From Dehalococcoidia bacterium (GTDB lineage: Bacteria; Chloroflexota; Dehalococcoidia; Lucifugimonadales; CAUZJF01): DNA of 64,000 nucleotides. This document shows positions 18,088 to 26,783 of this stretch, piece by piece (within the stretch, counting starts at the first letter, position 1; each line of letters opens with the position of its first letter). The DNA lies in assembly GCA_965237635.1 (NCBI GenBank), contig CBDEFX010000001.1, positions 290,176 through 354,175 on the forward strand, read 5' to 3'. Below the pieces are notes generated by a model, which was given only the letters and a program-made list of their open reading frames with translations, searched no databases and was not told where the DNA came from. The position numbers and the translations under genes are program-made.

Positions 18088-20754
18088 CAGGATCTCCTTG
18101 ACCCTGGCGCGACGGCCCTCGATGTCGTTGAGCCGCTGACGCTCTCGCTCGACCACCTCTTCCGGCGCCTTCCCGATAAACTGTTTGTCACCCAACCTTG
18201 CCGACAGCCTCTCCCGATTGGTGTCGATCTGCTCCAGCTCCTCGTGCAGCCATGCCTTCTCCCGCTCGAGGTCAACGAGACCCCCGAGAGGCACGGTAAC
18301 CGACCCCCTGCTCAGCACCAGCGAGACCTGCTGGGCTGAATCGGCGTCGGCTGCCGCTGGAGCGTCGGCGCCAAACCTTAGCGGGTCCACCCGGGCCAGG
18401 GTCTTAATCGCGTCTGACTCCGCCTCGACCACATCTCTGATCGCCGGCGCGTCTACGATGGCCTCGACCGCCTGGTTGGCCTCAATACTGAACTCGGCGC
18501 GAATATTTCGTATGGCGCGGACTATTTCCATGACGTCGCCAACATTGCCTTCGGCCTCCTCGTCGAATAGCGTGAGGTCAGCCTCCGGATATCCGGCTAC
18601 TATCAGCGCTGACGGTGCGCCCTCCTCGCGCGGAAGCAGCTCGACCAGGTTCTGCCATATCTCCTCGGTGATAAAGGGCATGAACGGGTGCAGGAGCCTC
18701 AAAATCCGCTCCAACACATATGCCAGCACCGGCAACGGCGACTCGTCGCCGCCCCGAAGCCTGACCTTCGACATCTCCAGGTACCAGTCGCAGTATTCGC
18801 CCCACAGGAAGTCGTGGACCTCCCTCTGGGCCTCTCCGAACTGGTACTCCTCCATGAATTTCTGCACTTGCTCGGCGACTCTGTTGAGGCGGCTGAGAAT
18901 CCAGCGGTCCTCGAGGTGTGTAGGCTTTGCGGGAGTCCGGCTCCACTCATCAAACGTCTCGGCCCGGTCTAGACTGGCCATGACGAATCGCGATGCGTTC
19001 CACAGCTTGTTGGCGAAGTTGCGGCTAGCCTCCATCTTCGACTCGTTGAGGCGCATGTCGTTGCCGGGCGACGTGCCCGTAGTAAGTGCAAAGCGGAGCG
19101 CGTCTGCACCGTACAGGTCGATCAGGTCCAGCGGGTCCATCACGTTCCCCTTGGACTTGCTCATCTTGACACCCTCTGGGTCCCTGACGAGCCCGTGCAG
19201 GTAGACAGTCCGAAACGGGACGTCGCCGGTGTTCTCCAGGCCCATCATTATCATGCGAGCGACCCAGAAGAAGAGGATGTCGTGGCCGGTCTCCATGTCG
19301 GTGGTCGGGTAGAAGTAGCTCATGTCTTCGCTCTGGTCTGGCCAGCCCAGAGTCGAGTGGGGCCACAGGGCGGAGCTAAACCACGTATCTAGGACGTCCG
19401 AGTCCCTTGCGAGCTTGCTCGAGCCGCACTCGCTGCAGGCGGTCGGGTCTTCGTAGTCGACCGTGACGCCATCGCATTCTTCGCAGTACCAGACTGGGAT
19501 CCCGTGTCCCCACCAGAGCTGCCGGCTGATGCACCAGTCCCGGATGTTGTACATCCAGTTGTCGTAGACCTTCGCGAACCGCTCGGGGATAATCCTTATC
19601 CGGCCGTCCTTCACGGCTTCGATGGCCGGCTTGGCCAGCGGCTCCATGCGCATATACCACTGCTTGCTGACTATCGGCTCCACGACGTCGCCGGACCGGT
19701 CACAGTGCCCCACCGAGTGGTGGTAGTCCTCCACCTTCTCAAGGAGGCCGTCCCTCTCGAGCTCCTCTACGATCTCACGCCTGGTCTCGAAGCGGTCCTT
19801 GCCCTTGTAGTGGCCGGCGTTCTCGTTCATCGTGCCGTCGAGGTTCATGACGCTTACGATGGGCAGCTCATGCCGCTCGCCTATCTCGAAGTCGTTTGGA
19901 TCGTGACCCGGCGTGACCTTGAGCGCGCCGGTGCCGAACTCCATGTCGACCGCGTCGTCGGCGATGATTGGGATGGTCCGCCCTATTACCGGAAGAACGA
20001 CGTTCTTTCCAACGAGGCCCGCGTAGCGCTCGTCTTCAGGGTTCACCGCAACAGCGGTATCCCCGAGCATAGTCTCTGGCCTGGTCGTGGCGACGGTAAT
20101 CGAGCCGCTCCCGTCTTCCAACGGGTAACGGATATGGTAGAGGCTGGCGCTCTCCTCCTGGTGCTTGACCTCCAGGTCCGACAGCGCGGTCGCACAATGT
20201 GGACACCAGTTGACGATCCGTTCCCCCCGGTATATCAGACCTTTCTTGTACAGGTTGACGAACGTAGTGCGGACTGCGCGGCTTGGCCCCTCATCCAGCG
20301 TGAAGCGCTGGCGCGTCCAGTCGCAGGAGACACCAAGCCGCTTGATCTGCTCGTAGATGGTGCCTCCGTACCGATCTACCCACTCCCACACCTGTTCGAC
20401 AAACTTCTGCCTGCCCAGGTCATGGCGGCTCATGCCATCGGTGGCCAGCGTTCGCTCCACGACCACCTGCGTTGCGATGCCTGCGTGGTCCGTTCCCGGG
20501 AGGTAGAGGGTAGGGTCGCCCTTCATCCTGTGCCAACGTACCATTAGGTCTTGCAGCGCCTTGGTAAGAGCGTGGCCCATGTGCAGCTCGCCCGTGACGT
20601 TCGGGGGAGGCATGATGATTACGTACGGCTGCTTCGAGCGGTCGATCTTCGGGATAAAGTAGCCGCCCGCCATCCAGGAGTCGTAGATGCGCTGCTCGAC
20701 GGCCTTAGGGTCGTAGGCCTTGGCAATCTCTCGCTTCGCCTTTTCCTGGCTCAT
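18073..20754 (-). CDS. valS: valine--tRNA ligase
   Basis: ATG 20754 (MSQEKAKREIAKAYDP) with GGGAGG upstream. HIGH-type PPPNVTGELHMGHA, the KMSKS motif itself, and a C-terminal coiled coil. The track ORF start 20817 would run through a terminator hairpin. Confidence 0.95.
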   Translation of the reverse strand: MSQEKAKREIAKAYDPKAVEQRIYDSWMAGGYFIPKIDRSKQPYVIIMPPPNVTGELHMGHALTKALQDLMVRWHRMKGDPTLYLPGTDHAGIATQVVVERTLATDGMSRHDLGRQKFVEQVWEWVDRYGGTIYEQIKRLGVSCDWTRQRFTLDEGPSRAVRTTFVNLYKKGLIYRGERIVNWCPHCATALSDLEVKHQEESASLYHIRYPLEDGSGSITVATTRPETMLGDTAVAVNPEDERYAGLVGKNVVLPVIGRTIPIIADDAVDMEFGTGALKVTPGHDPNDFEIGERHELPIVSVMNLDGTMNENAGHYKGKDRFETRREIVEELERDGLLEKVEDYHHSVGHCDRSGDVVEPIVSKQWYMRMEPLAKPAIEAVKDGRIRIIPERFAKVYDNWMYNIRDWCISRQLWWGHGIPVWYCEECDGVTVDYEDPTACSECGSSKLARDSDVLDTWFSSALWPHSTLGWPDQSEDMSYFYPTTDMETGHDILFFWVARMIMMGLENTGDVPFRTVYLHGLVRDPEGVKMSKSKGNVMDPLDLIDLYGADALRFALTTGTSPGNDMRLNESKMEASRNFANKLWNASRFVMASLDRAETFDEWSRTPAKPTHLEDRWILSRLNRVAEQVQKFMEEYQFGEAQREVHDFLWGEYCDWYLEMSKVRLRGGDESPLPVLAYVLERILRLLHPFMPFITEEIWQNLVELLPREEGAPSALIVAGYPEADLTLFDEEAEGNVGDVMEIVRAIRNIRAEFSIEANQAVEAIVDAPAIRDVVEAESDAIKTLARVDPLRFGADAPAAADADSAQQVSLVLSRGSVTVPLGGLVDLEREKAWLHEELEQIDTNRERLSARLGDKQFIGKAPEEVVERERQRLNDIEGRRARVKEILSRLG

Positions 20755-20799
20755 GCCGAAGTCCTCCCGCGGGCTGTCCGATCGCTCCCTGCGCCATAC

Positions 20800-20830
20800 A
20801 AAAAAAGGCCCGAACACGACGTTCCGGGCC
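20800..20830 (-). terminator. intrinsic terminator inside the valS 5' leader
   Basis: Minus strand ggcccggaac-gtcgt-gttcgggcc followed by seven U. The U tract ends 45 nt upstream of the valS ATG. Confidence 0.7.
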
Positions 20831-20858
20831 TCGGGTCAACTGCTGGAGTGCGTTGATC

Positions 20859-20918
20859 CTAAGGCTTTGTCCTGAATACGACTACGTTTGATTGAGATCT
20901 ATCGACTTTGTCTGCCAT
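20859..20918 (-). CDS. candidate 19-codon leader peptide with Val-Val-Val
   Basis: AGGA then ATG 20918. Translation MADKVDRSQSNVVVFRTKP, stop TAG 20861..20859. Val codons GTA GTC GTA at 20885..20877. Confidence 0.35.
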   Translation of the reverse strand: MADKVDRSQSNVVVFRTKP

Positions 20919-20938
20919 TGCTTTATCCTAAGGCACAC

Positions 20939-20967
20939 ATTCTAGTAGACGACACAGTCCACGTCAA
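20939..20967 (-). promoter_or_regulatory. candidate sigma70-type promoter of the valS leader
   Basis: Minus strand TTGACG-N17-TAGAAT. Confidence 0.5.
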
Positions 20968-21103
20968 TGAATGATACTCACGCATGGGATGCGGTCAGAA
21001 GCCGTCGGTAAGGTCTCTCGTGGTAGGGGCGCACGGCGTGCGCCCTTGCGATAGCCACTGCCCTTAGAAACAAACCTACGAAATCTGATCACGTCCAGGC
21101 ACA

Positions 21104-21633
21104 CTACTCCGTGGCGGAACCTCGAAGGCCCAGCACCCCCCGCATGCCCTCGATCATGCCCAGGTGGCGGTTATCGTGGTCGAGATTCGTCAAAAGGGCC
21201 CTGGCGACGGTCCGTCCGCCCCACTTCGCGGCCTGCTGGGACCGCTCCTCGTCTAGCAGGCCGGCCATCTCATCTGCGGCGTCGAAAGCGCGACGGCAGT
21301 AGTCGAGAAGGTCACCCTTGCTCGGCCACGGGAGGCGATCCGGGACCTCGGATTCCATGCCAGTTCCAGACTCGTAGATGCCCAAAAGCTCCGGGCCAAA
21401 ACCCCATTGCTCCGCCAGGTTTTCGGCCTGCCAGATCATGCCGCCCTCGAAGCCGACCTGGTCGGGGAGCGAGTCGGCGTACCGGGCAAGGTGCCACAGG
21501 TGGAAGGCGATCGGAGGAGTAGTTGGATTGGGCTGTGGCTCAGCTGATCATCGGTCAGATCTGCAACGACTTCGAGTACCCGTCTGTGTGTTCTAAGATA
21601 GCTTGAAACGACGGTCTCGGGAATGTGGCTCAT
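21104..21633 (-). pseudogene. DinB-family protein interrupted by a 1-nt frameshift
   Basis: ORF 21436..21633 ends ..LTDDQLSHSP. The DinB signature NPTTPPIAFHLWHLARYAD continues in another frame into ORF 21104..21439. The junction is at agcccaatcc, about 21525..21535. Confidence 0.75.
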
Positions 21634-21685
21634 CGGTCACCCCTCGTAGCGGCAAGTGTGGTCCATTCTTGATTCGAGAAGACTG

Positions 21686-22057
21686 TCACAACGCCATGTT
21701 GAGGTGTATCTTTAGAGCGTTTTCTATGCGGGCTCGGTACTCCTCTGGGAGACGGCCGACAACTCTCAGCAACCTTCGTTTGTCTATGGTTCTCACCATG
21801 TTGGCCTTAATGCGGTTGTTGTCCTGCGTGAGGCCTGCCACGCCCTTTGGCACCAAAACCTCGTCAGGGTACGCTCGTTTCGCCGGGGCGGACGTTATAG
21901 GGAGCACTGTGACCGTCGCAGCGTATTGATTGTTCAGGTTGTTGGACACGACAACAACGGGCCGGCGTTTGCCGATTTCGGAGCCCATGACCGGTTCAAG
22001 ATCAGCGAACCACACGTCTGCGTATCTAGGATGATTCGCCAGAGGCTCCTCGCTCAT
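21686..22057 (-). CDS. type II toxin, PemK/MazF family endoribonuclease
   Basis: DVWFADLEPVMGSEIGKRRPVVVVSNN...VTVLPITS pattern. ATGA overlap with the upstream antitoxin. Confidence 0.85.
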   Translation of the reverse strand: MSEEPLANHPRYADVWFADLEPVMGSEIGKRRPVVVVSNNLNNQYAATVTVLPITSAPAKRAYPDEVLVPKGVAGLTQDNNRIKANMVRTIDKRRLLRVVGRLPEEYRARIENALKIHLNMAL

Positions 22058-22314
22058 CCCCCAACCCGGTCCTCTTCGTATTCAGGCCACCCCTGCAAAG
22101 TTGCAGGCTCCCACTCTGCGTTAAGTCCCTTGTCTTCCTCATATCTCTCGATGTACCCGGCGATCAATGACCTTCTAACAGCCTCATTCTCCAAATTCAT
22201 GAGCTTTTCACCAACCGCAGTCGTAACGAACGCGCTACGTTGGCGCTCTACTACAGAGTCTCTGAATTTGCGGGCTATCTCTTCGGGGATCGTGAACGTC
22301 ATCCTGACATTCAT
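22054..22314 (-). CDS. ribbon-helix-helix type antitoxin (MazE/CopG-like)
   Basis: ATG 22314 preceded by AAGGAG. N-terminal beta-strand MNVRMTFTIPEEIARKF, then helices and an acidic tail. Confidence 0.65.
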   Translation of the reverse strand: MNVRMTFTIPEEIARKFRDSVVERQRSAFVTTAVGEKLMNLENEAVRRSLIAGYIERYEEDKGLNAEWEPATLQGWPEYEEDRVGG

Positions 22315-22416
22315 CGGCGTAAAATCTCCTTTTCGTTGATGGGACAGTATGAACAGCATACCATACACTCAGTATGTGCTCTTAGTTAGTATACATCCTC
22401 TCGGGCCCGGGAGTCA

Positions 22417-23286
22417 TCACGGCAGCCTCTCTTTGACCCGACTGGTGAGGTCGACTAGCTGTCCAACTTCCCGCACCGGTTCTTGGTCCTCCGACACAGC
22501 GATGTGCGTCTGGACCGTGTATATCCGCTCCCGAAGCACGACGAAGCTGCCCACTCCGGCCTTATTGACGACAGCCTGAAAGGACTCGGTCCCTAAGACA
22601 CCGGTTGTTACTTCGCTCCCTTGGAAACCGCTCAAGATATTCTCGAAGTGTGCCTTCGCTGAGGGCTCAGAGTCGAAGCTGATCACGGTCACGAGGACGC
22701 CACCGGAGCCGTCGAGGGTCTCGTGGGACGCCTGGCACATGCTCACGATGCTCGGGTCGTCCTCCCTCGCCACCTCAGTGAACTCCCTGGTCTTTAACAC
22801 CATGTTCGAGGGAGGTTCGTCCAGGAACCCATTGCACGTCTTCAGATCGACGCCGAAGAGCTCGGACAACGGCACCTCGGTCACCGCGGCGGCCAGGGGT
22901 GATAGCGTGAAGACCGTGTCGACCGAGAAATCGAGCGTCGAGGTCTCGCCGCTCCTGACTTCCACAGAGTGTTGCCGCAGCACGTTCCCATCGTCGTCGT
23001 ACACGGCCACCTTGAAGGTGCCTGGCTGGATATCGGAGAACAAATAGGACCCGTCTGAACTGGTAAACGGGGCTATCTCTGGAAACGGGACCGTCCCGCT
23101 CACTATTCCCAACCTCAGACCGGCGCCCGGGGCTCCTTCTGTATCTGTTACTTTGCCGCCAATTTGGCCGCTCGGGGTTGGCCCTTCATCGCCGTCCGGC
23201 GCTTCGGGGGTTTCGGAGCACGCCGCTATTGCTGCGAGAGCGGCTGCTACAATCGTCATGGTCCGGAATGCGACGAACTTCTTCAT
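22417..23286 (-). CDS. secreted lipoprotein with a carboxypeptidase-regulatory-like (beta-sandwich) domain
   Basis: Signal peptide plus lipobox AAIAAC. GKVTDTEGAPGAGLRL...SDGSYLFSDIQPGTFKVAV resembles CarboxypepD_reg. Confidence 0.6.
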   Translation of the reverse strand: MKKFVAFRTMTIVAAALAAIAACSETPEAPDGDEGPTPSGQIGGKVTDTEGAPGAGLRLGIVSGTVPFPEIAPFTSSDGSYLFSDIQPGTFKVAVYDDDGNVLRQHSVEVRSGETSTLDFSVDTVFTLSPLAAAVTEVPLSELFGVDLKTCNGFLDEPPSNMVLKTREFTEVAREDDPSIVSMCQASHETLDGSGGVLVTVISFDSEPSAKAHFENILSGFQGSEVTTGVLGTESFQAVVNKAGVGSFVVLRERIYTVQTHIAVSEDQEPVREVGQLVDLTSRVKERLP

Positions 23287-23300
23287 CTCTTGGTTCTACG

Positions 23301-23672
23301 TCAGCGGCGGAGGCGTTTCCGGAGCAAGAACGCGCCCAGCAGCAGTCCGATCAAGAGCGCTCTTATGATCCTGCGGCGCCCCTCGAATGAAACATAGCGG
23401 GTCTCCTCTAGGGTCATCTCGATGAACCCCACGGGGCTGACTTCCACGCCGCCTCCACCGCCACCTCCAACCTGCTGCTGCGGCTCGTCAGTCGCCTCGG
23501 AGTCAGGGCTCAGGTCCTGGGTCCCGCCTCCGCCACCAAAGCCGTAGCGCACCCTCGCGACAGGGATAATAGTCTTCCCTTCGGCCGTAACCGGGTCCCC
23601 GTAGACCGCCTTGACGGAGGCCGTAGTCTGAACGCGCTCCGAGATACTTTTGATCAATTCCTGTATAGACAT
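23301..23672 (-). CDS. GerW/YtfJ family protein
   Basis: SVKAVYGDPVTAEGKTIIPVARVRYGFGGGGG followed by a Gly-rich segment and a C-terminal TM helix. Confidence 0.65.
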   Translation of the reverse strand: MSIQELIKSISERVQTTASVKAVYGDPVTAEGKTIIPVARVRYGFGGGGGTQDLSPDSEATDEPQQQVGGGGGGGVEVSPVGFIEMTLEETRYVSFEGRRRIIRALLIGLLLGAFLLRKRLRR

Positions 23673-23705
23673 GCTCCACCGCCCTCCTACGGTCTAGATC
23701 CAGTG

Positions 23706-24149
23706 CTACTCTGCTGCCCTCTGCTCTTGACTAGCCTTGTCGAGCGTCTGTTGAAGCAACTCCGCCAGATCCTTTGGTAAGGAGCAAACCATCATGCGTA
23801 TGTCGTCCATGCCCTTCCGCTCAGACCTTTTCTGTATCAAATCTCGGAAGCCGGAGTCGGTGAATATCATTATCTTAGAAACATTTTCAGGGAGCTCTTG
23901 CAGCCACCCGATGTCGTCCATGGCTTTTCTGACTCCACCCGTATTTTCACGCCCGGTCCGGGTCTTGGGGCGATTTGAAAGAATTGCTGCGACGATTTGG
24001 TTGTCTTCCGAAACCGCGTCGAATCGATAATGAGAACCTGAAACCAAAGTCACCTGGCGCTCGGTGAATACTCGCCCTGGAAACTGTAAGCTGAGCCACT
24101 GTCTCACGTATGGCTCAATCCGCGTCTTTATTGCGGTGGTATCTGCCAA
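23706..24149 (-). CDS. hypothetical protein (147 aa), no family recognised
   Basis: Clean ORF in a visibly AT-richer stretch, 27 nt downstream of the 87-aa ORF. Confidence 0.55.
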   Translation of the reverse strand: MADTTAIKTRIEPYVRQWLSLQFPGRVFTERQVTLVSGSHYRFDAVSEDNQIVAAILSNRPKTRTGRENTGGVRKAMDDIGWLQELPENVSKIMIFTDSGFRDLIQKRSERKGMDDIRMMVCSLPKDLAELLQQTLDKASQEQRAAE

Positions 24150-24176
24150 TTGAGCCTCCTCTAACCTATGGGGTAA

Positions 24177-24440
24177 TTAGTGCTCATCTGTGTCCACTTC
24201 CTTAAGCATCTCAACGAACGCGCCGCAGGCGCGCTCCAACTCATTGAAAAGGTCAATCAAGGTATCCACAGAAGCACCGGAGGACGCCATCATGCCGGAT
24301 GCTTGGTTTACAGCTTTCTCAACAGCCTCACTTTCTGAATTGCCCTGGGAAAGCCAATACCTCCTAAGTCGAACCGCCGACACCAGCGCTGACTCGGCGT
24401 ACCTATTGACAGCTTCTTCGACCGATTTCACTTTAACCAC
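24177..24440 (-). CDS. hypothetical small helical protein (87 aa)
   Basis: GTG start with AGGAGG 5 nt upstream. Confidence 0.5.
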   Translation of the reverse strand: MVKVKSVEEAVNRYAESALVSAVRLRRYWLSQGNSESEAVEKAVNQASGMMASSGASVDTLIDLFNELERACGAFVEMLKEVDTDEH

Positions 24441-24697
24441 TGAAACCTCCTACGCGGGTAGTCCCCCATCCGACGTGGGTAGGCCCATAGCCCACATGGG
24501 AGGGTACACCTAGGAGATCATTCTGTCAACGCCAACAGCGTCTAGTTGTGACGGGGGTCTATGCCGGCGCAGGCAAAGGCTACACCCGCTTTCTCTGGCC
24601 GGTGTCCGAGGCCCGCGGGATGGCACCGAGTAGCCTGTGGCTCGTGACCGCAGTGTCGAATTATCTATACCGACGCACCATTTGGCAGCCGGGGCGG

Positions 24698-25897
24698 CTA
24701 CCTCAGAAGCCTCGACACCCGGTCAAGAATGCGACTGCCGACCTCGTACTTGGTCAAAAGGCCCAGGTCCTCGACGTCGCCGTTGCGGCCCAAGAGGATG
24801 ACCCTGTTGGTGTCGGTGGCAAAGCCGCTGCCGTCGGCTGTGACGTCGTTGGCGGCGACCAGGTCGAGGCCCTTGCTCGTAAGCTTGGCCCGAGCGTTCT
24901 CTTCTAGGTCCTCGGTCTCTGCCGCGAATCCTATCTTTACGACCCCGTCAGGGACCTCCGACAGGAAATCGGGGTTTTGAGTCAGTTGAAGCGCAAAGCC
25001 GTTCCGGCCTCCTTGCTTCTTGATCTTCTGCCCAGACGGCTCCGCCGCGCGAAAGTCGCTTACCGCTGCTGCCATGATCAGCACGTCCGCGTTCTTGCAG
25101 GCGGCTAGCGCGGCGTCGCGCATCTCGGCTACTGTTTCCACGCTAACAACTTCCACTCCGACCGGGGCCGTGAAAGACGAAGCTGCCGTTACTAGAGAGA
25201 CTCTGGCACCCCGGTCCCGGGCCGCTTCGGCGATAGCATGACCCTGCTTGCCGGACGAGCGGTTCGATATGAATCGGACAGGGTCGATCGCCTCTCGCGT
25301 GCCGCCGGCGCTCACCACGATCTTGCGGCCCGCCATGTCACCGTCACGACCGAGCACAAGCTTTATATGTCCAATGATCTCCGGGACCTCGAGCATTCGG
25401 CCCAGTCCCGTCAGTCCGGAGGCGAGCGGCCCTTCGGCGGGCCCTGCCAGGATGTGGCCTCTGGATTTCAGCTTCTGGACGTTCTCCTGAGTCGCCGGGT
25501 TCTCGTACATATGGCCGTCCATCGCCGGGCAGACGATGATCGGCGCCTGGGTGGCCAGGGCCGTCGTGGAAACCGAGTCATCGGCAAGGCCGTACGCTAG
25601 CTTCGCGATGGTGTTGGCGGTTGCCGGCGCAACGACCATCACGTCGGCGCGCTCAGCGGTCGCGACATGCTCGATCGCGGCGTCCGATTGGGGGTCGAAT
25701 AGGCTGGTCACTGCAGGCCGGTGGGTGATGCTTCGGAAGGCGAGGGCGGTTACGAAGTTGGTGGCAGCTTCGGTCATTACAACGTCAACCAGAGCGCCTT
25801 CCTGGGTCAGCTTGCTGGCGAGGTCGACGGCCTTGTGGCAGGCGATGCTGCCGCTGACTCCGAGGGCGATATACTTACCGTGCAATGGACTTGGCAT
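24698..25897 (-). CDS. coaBC: bifunctional phosphopantothenoylcysteine decarboxylase / phosphopantothenate--cysteine ligase
   Basis: N-terminal flavoprotein domain GVSGSIACHKAVDL and CoaB domain with ISNRSSGKQG. Confidence 0.9.
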   Translation of the reverse strand: MPSPLHGKYIALGVSGSIACHKAVDLASKLTQEGALVDVVMTEAATNFVTALAFRSITHRPAVTSLFDPQSDAAIEHVATAERADVMVVAPATANTIAKLAYGLADDSVSTTALATQAPIIVCPAMDGHMYENPATQENVQKLKSRGHILAGPAEGPLASGLTGLGRMLEVPEIIGHIKLVLGRDGDMAGRKIVVSAGGTREAIDPVRFISNRSSGKQGHAIAEAARDRGARVSLVTAASSFTAPVGVEVVSVETVAEMRDAALAACKNADVLIMAAAVSDFRAAEPSGQKIKKQGGRNGFALQLTQNPDFLSEVPDGVVKIGFAAETEDLEENARAKLTSKGLDLVAANDVTADGSGFATDTNRVILLGRNGDVEDLGLLTKYEVGSRILDRVSRLLR

Positions 25898-25948
25898 CTG
25901 ACGGTCCCTTCCTTTCTCGTGGTAAAGGCCGATGCCTCGGCGGGGTTT

Positions 25949-26731
25949 CTAGTTGTTCAACTCATAGATTATACGCAAGCCGGCGAGTGTTAAGTCGGGA
26001 TTGACCTCGTCGAAGACGTTAGCCTCCTGCTCGATCAGGGCGGCCAGACCGCCTGTTGCCACGACCTTGGCCCCACCGCCTAGCTCCTTGTCGAACCTGG
26101 CGACCATCCCTTTCACCATCTCGGCGTATCCGAGGACGAGTCCCGACTGAAGCGCGTGGACAGTATTCTTTCCGATGGCGGTGGCGGGCCGCACGAGCTC
26201 GACCCGACGCAGCTGAGACGCACTATGGAAAAGCGCGTCTGCGGCCACGGTCATCCCCGGTGCGATTGCTCCACCGATATACTCGCCTTCTGCGGACACG
26301 GCGTCGAAGACCGTGCCCGTTCCAAAGTCCACGACTATGGCAGGGCCGCCGTAGAGCTTCAACGCAGCCACGGCGTCGACGATGCGGTCTGCACCGACGT
26401 CCCGCGGACTGTCGTAGAGCACCTTGATCCCCGTCTTGGTACCGGCGCCTACGACCAGCGGCTCCAGGTTGAGGTAGCCCTTACATACCTCGACGAATGT
26501 GGGAGTGAGGGGAGGCACCCCGCTGCACATCGCCACAGCTGTCAGGTCCGTCGGAGCAACCCCCTTTACAAGTAGGAGATTGCTGAGTATCAGGCCGTAC
26601 TCGTCAGCCATCCGGCCCGGCTCGGTCGCGATGCGCCAGGTGGCCGTCGGCTCATATTGCCGGGACCCAGCGTTGTCATCGAACACGCCGAACGTGATAT
26701 TAGTATTGCCTACATCCAGAGCGAGGAGCAT
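25949..26731 (-). CDS. coaX: type III pantothenate kinase
   Basis: MLLALDVGNTNITFGVF and VDFGTGTVFDAV motifs. Confidence 0.9.
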   Translation of the reverse strand: MLLALDVGNTNITFGVFDDNAGSRQYEPTATWRIATEPGRMADEYGLILSNLLLVKGVAPTDLTAVAMCSGVPPLTPTFVEVCKGYLNLEPLVVGAGTKTGIKVLYDSPRDVGADRIVDAVAALKLYGGPAIVVDFGTGTVFDAVSAEGEYIGGAIAPGMTVAADALFHSASQLRRVELVRPATAIGKNTVHALQSGLVLGYAEMVKGMVARFDKELGGGAKVVATGGLAALIEQEANVFDEVNPDLTLAGLRIIYELNN

Positions 26732-26783
26732 GCCGCCACAATTATAACATCGGCGGAATGCCTGGCCCTCGATCGTGACGGGC

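Noticed and set aside
19504-20547. 347-aa plus-strand ORF inside valS
   Set aside because: It is an antisense shadow ORF. valS is contiguous and carries the HIGH-type PPPNVTGELHMGHA and KMSKS motifs.
20755-21103. T-box riboswitch upstream of valS
   Set aside because: I found no T-box consensus (GGTGGTACCGCG-like) or specifier-loop/stem I features. The leader from the predicted transcription start is only about 175 nt.
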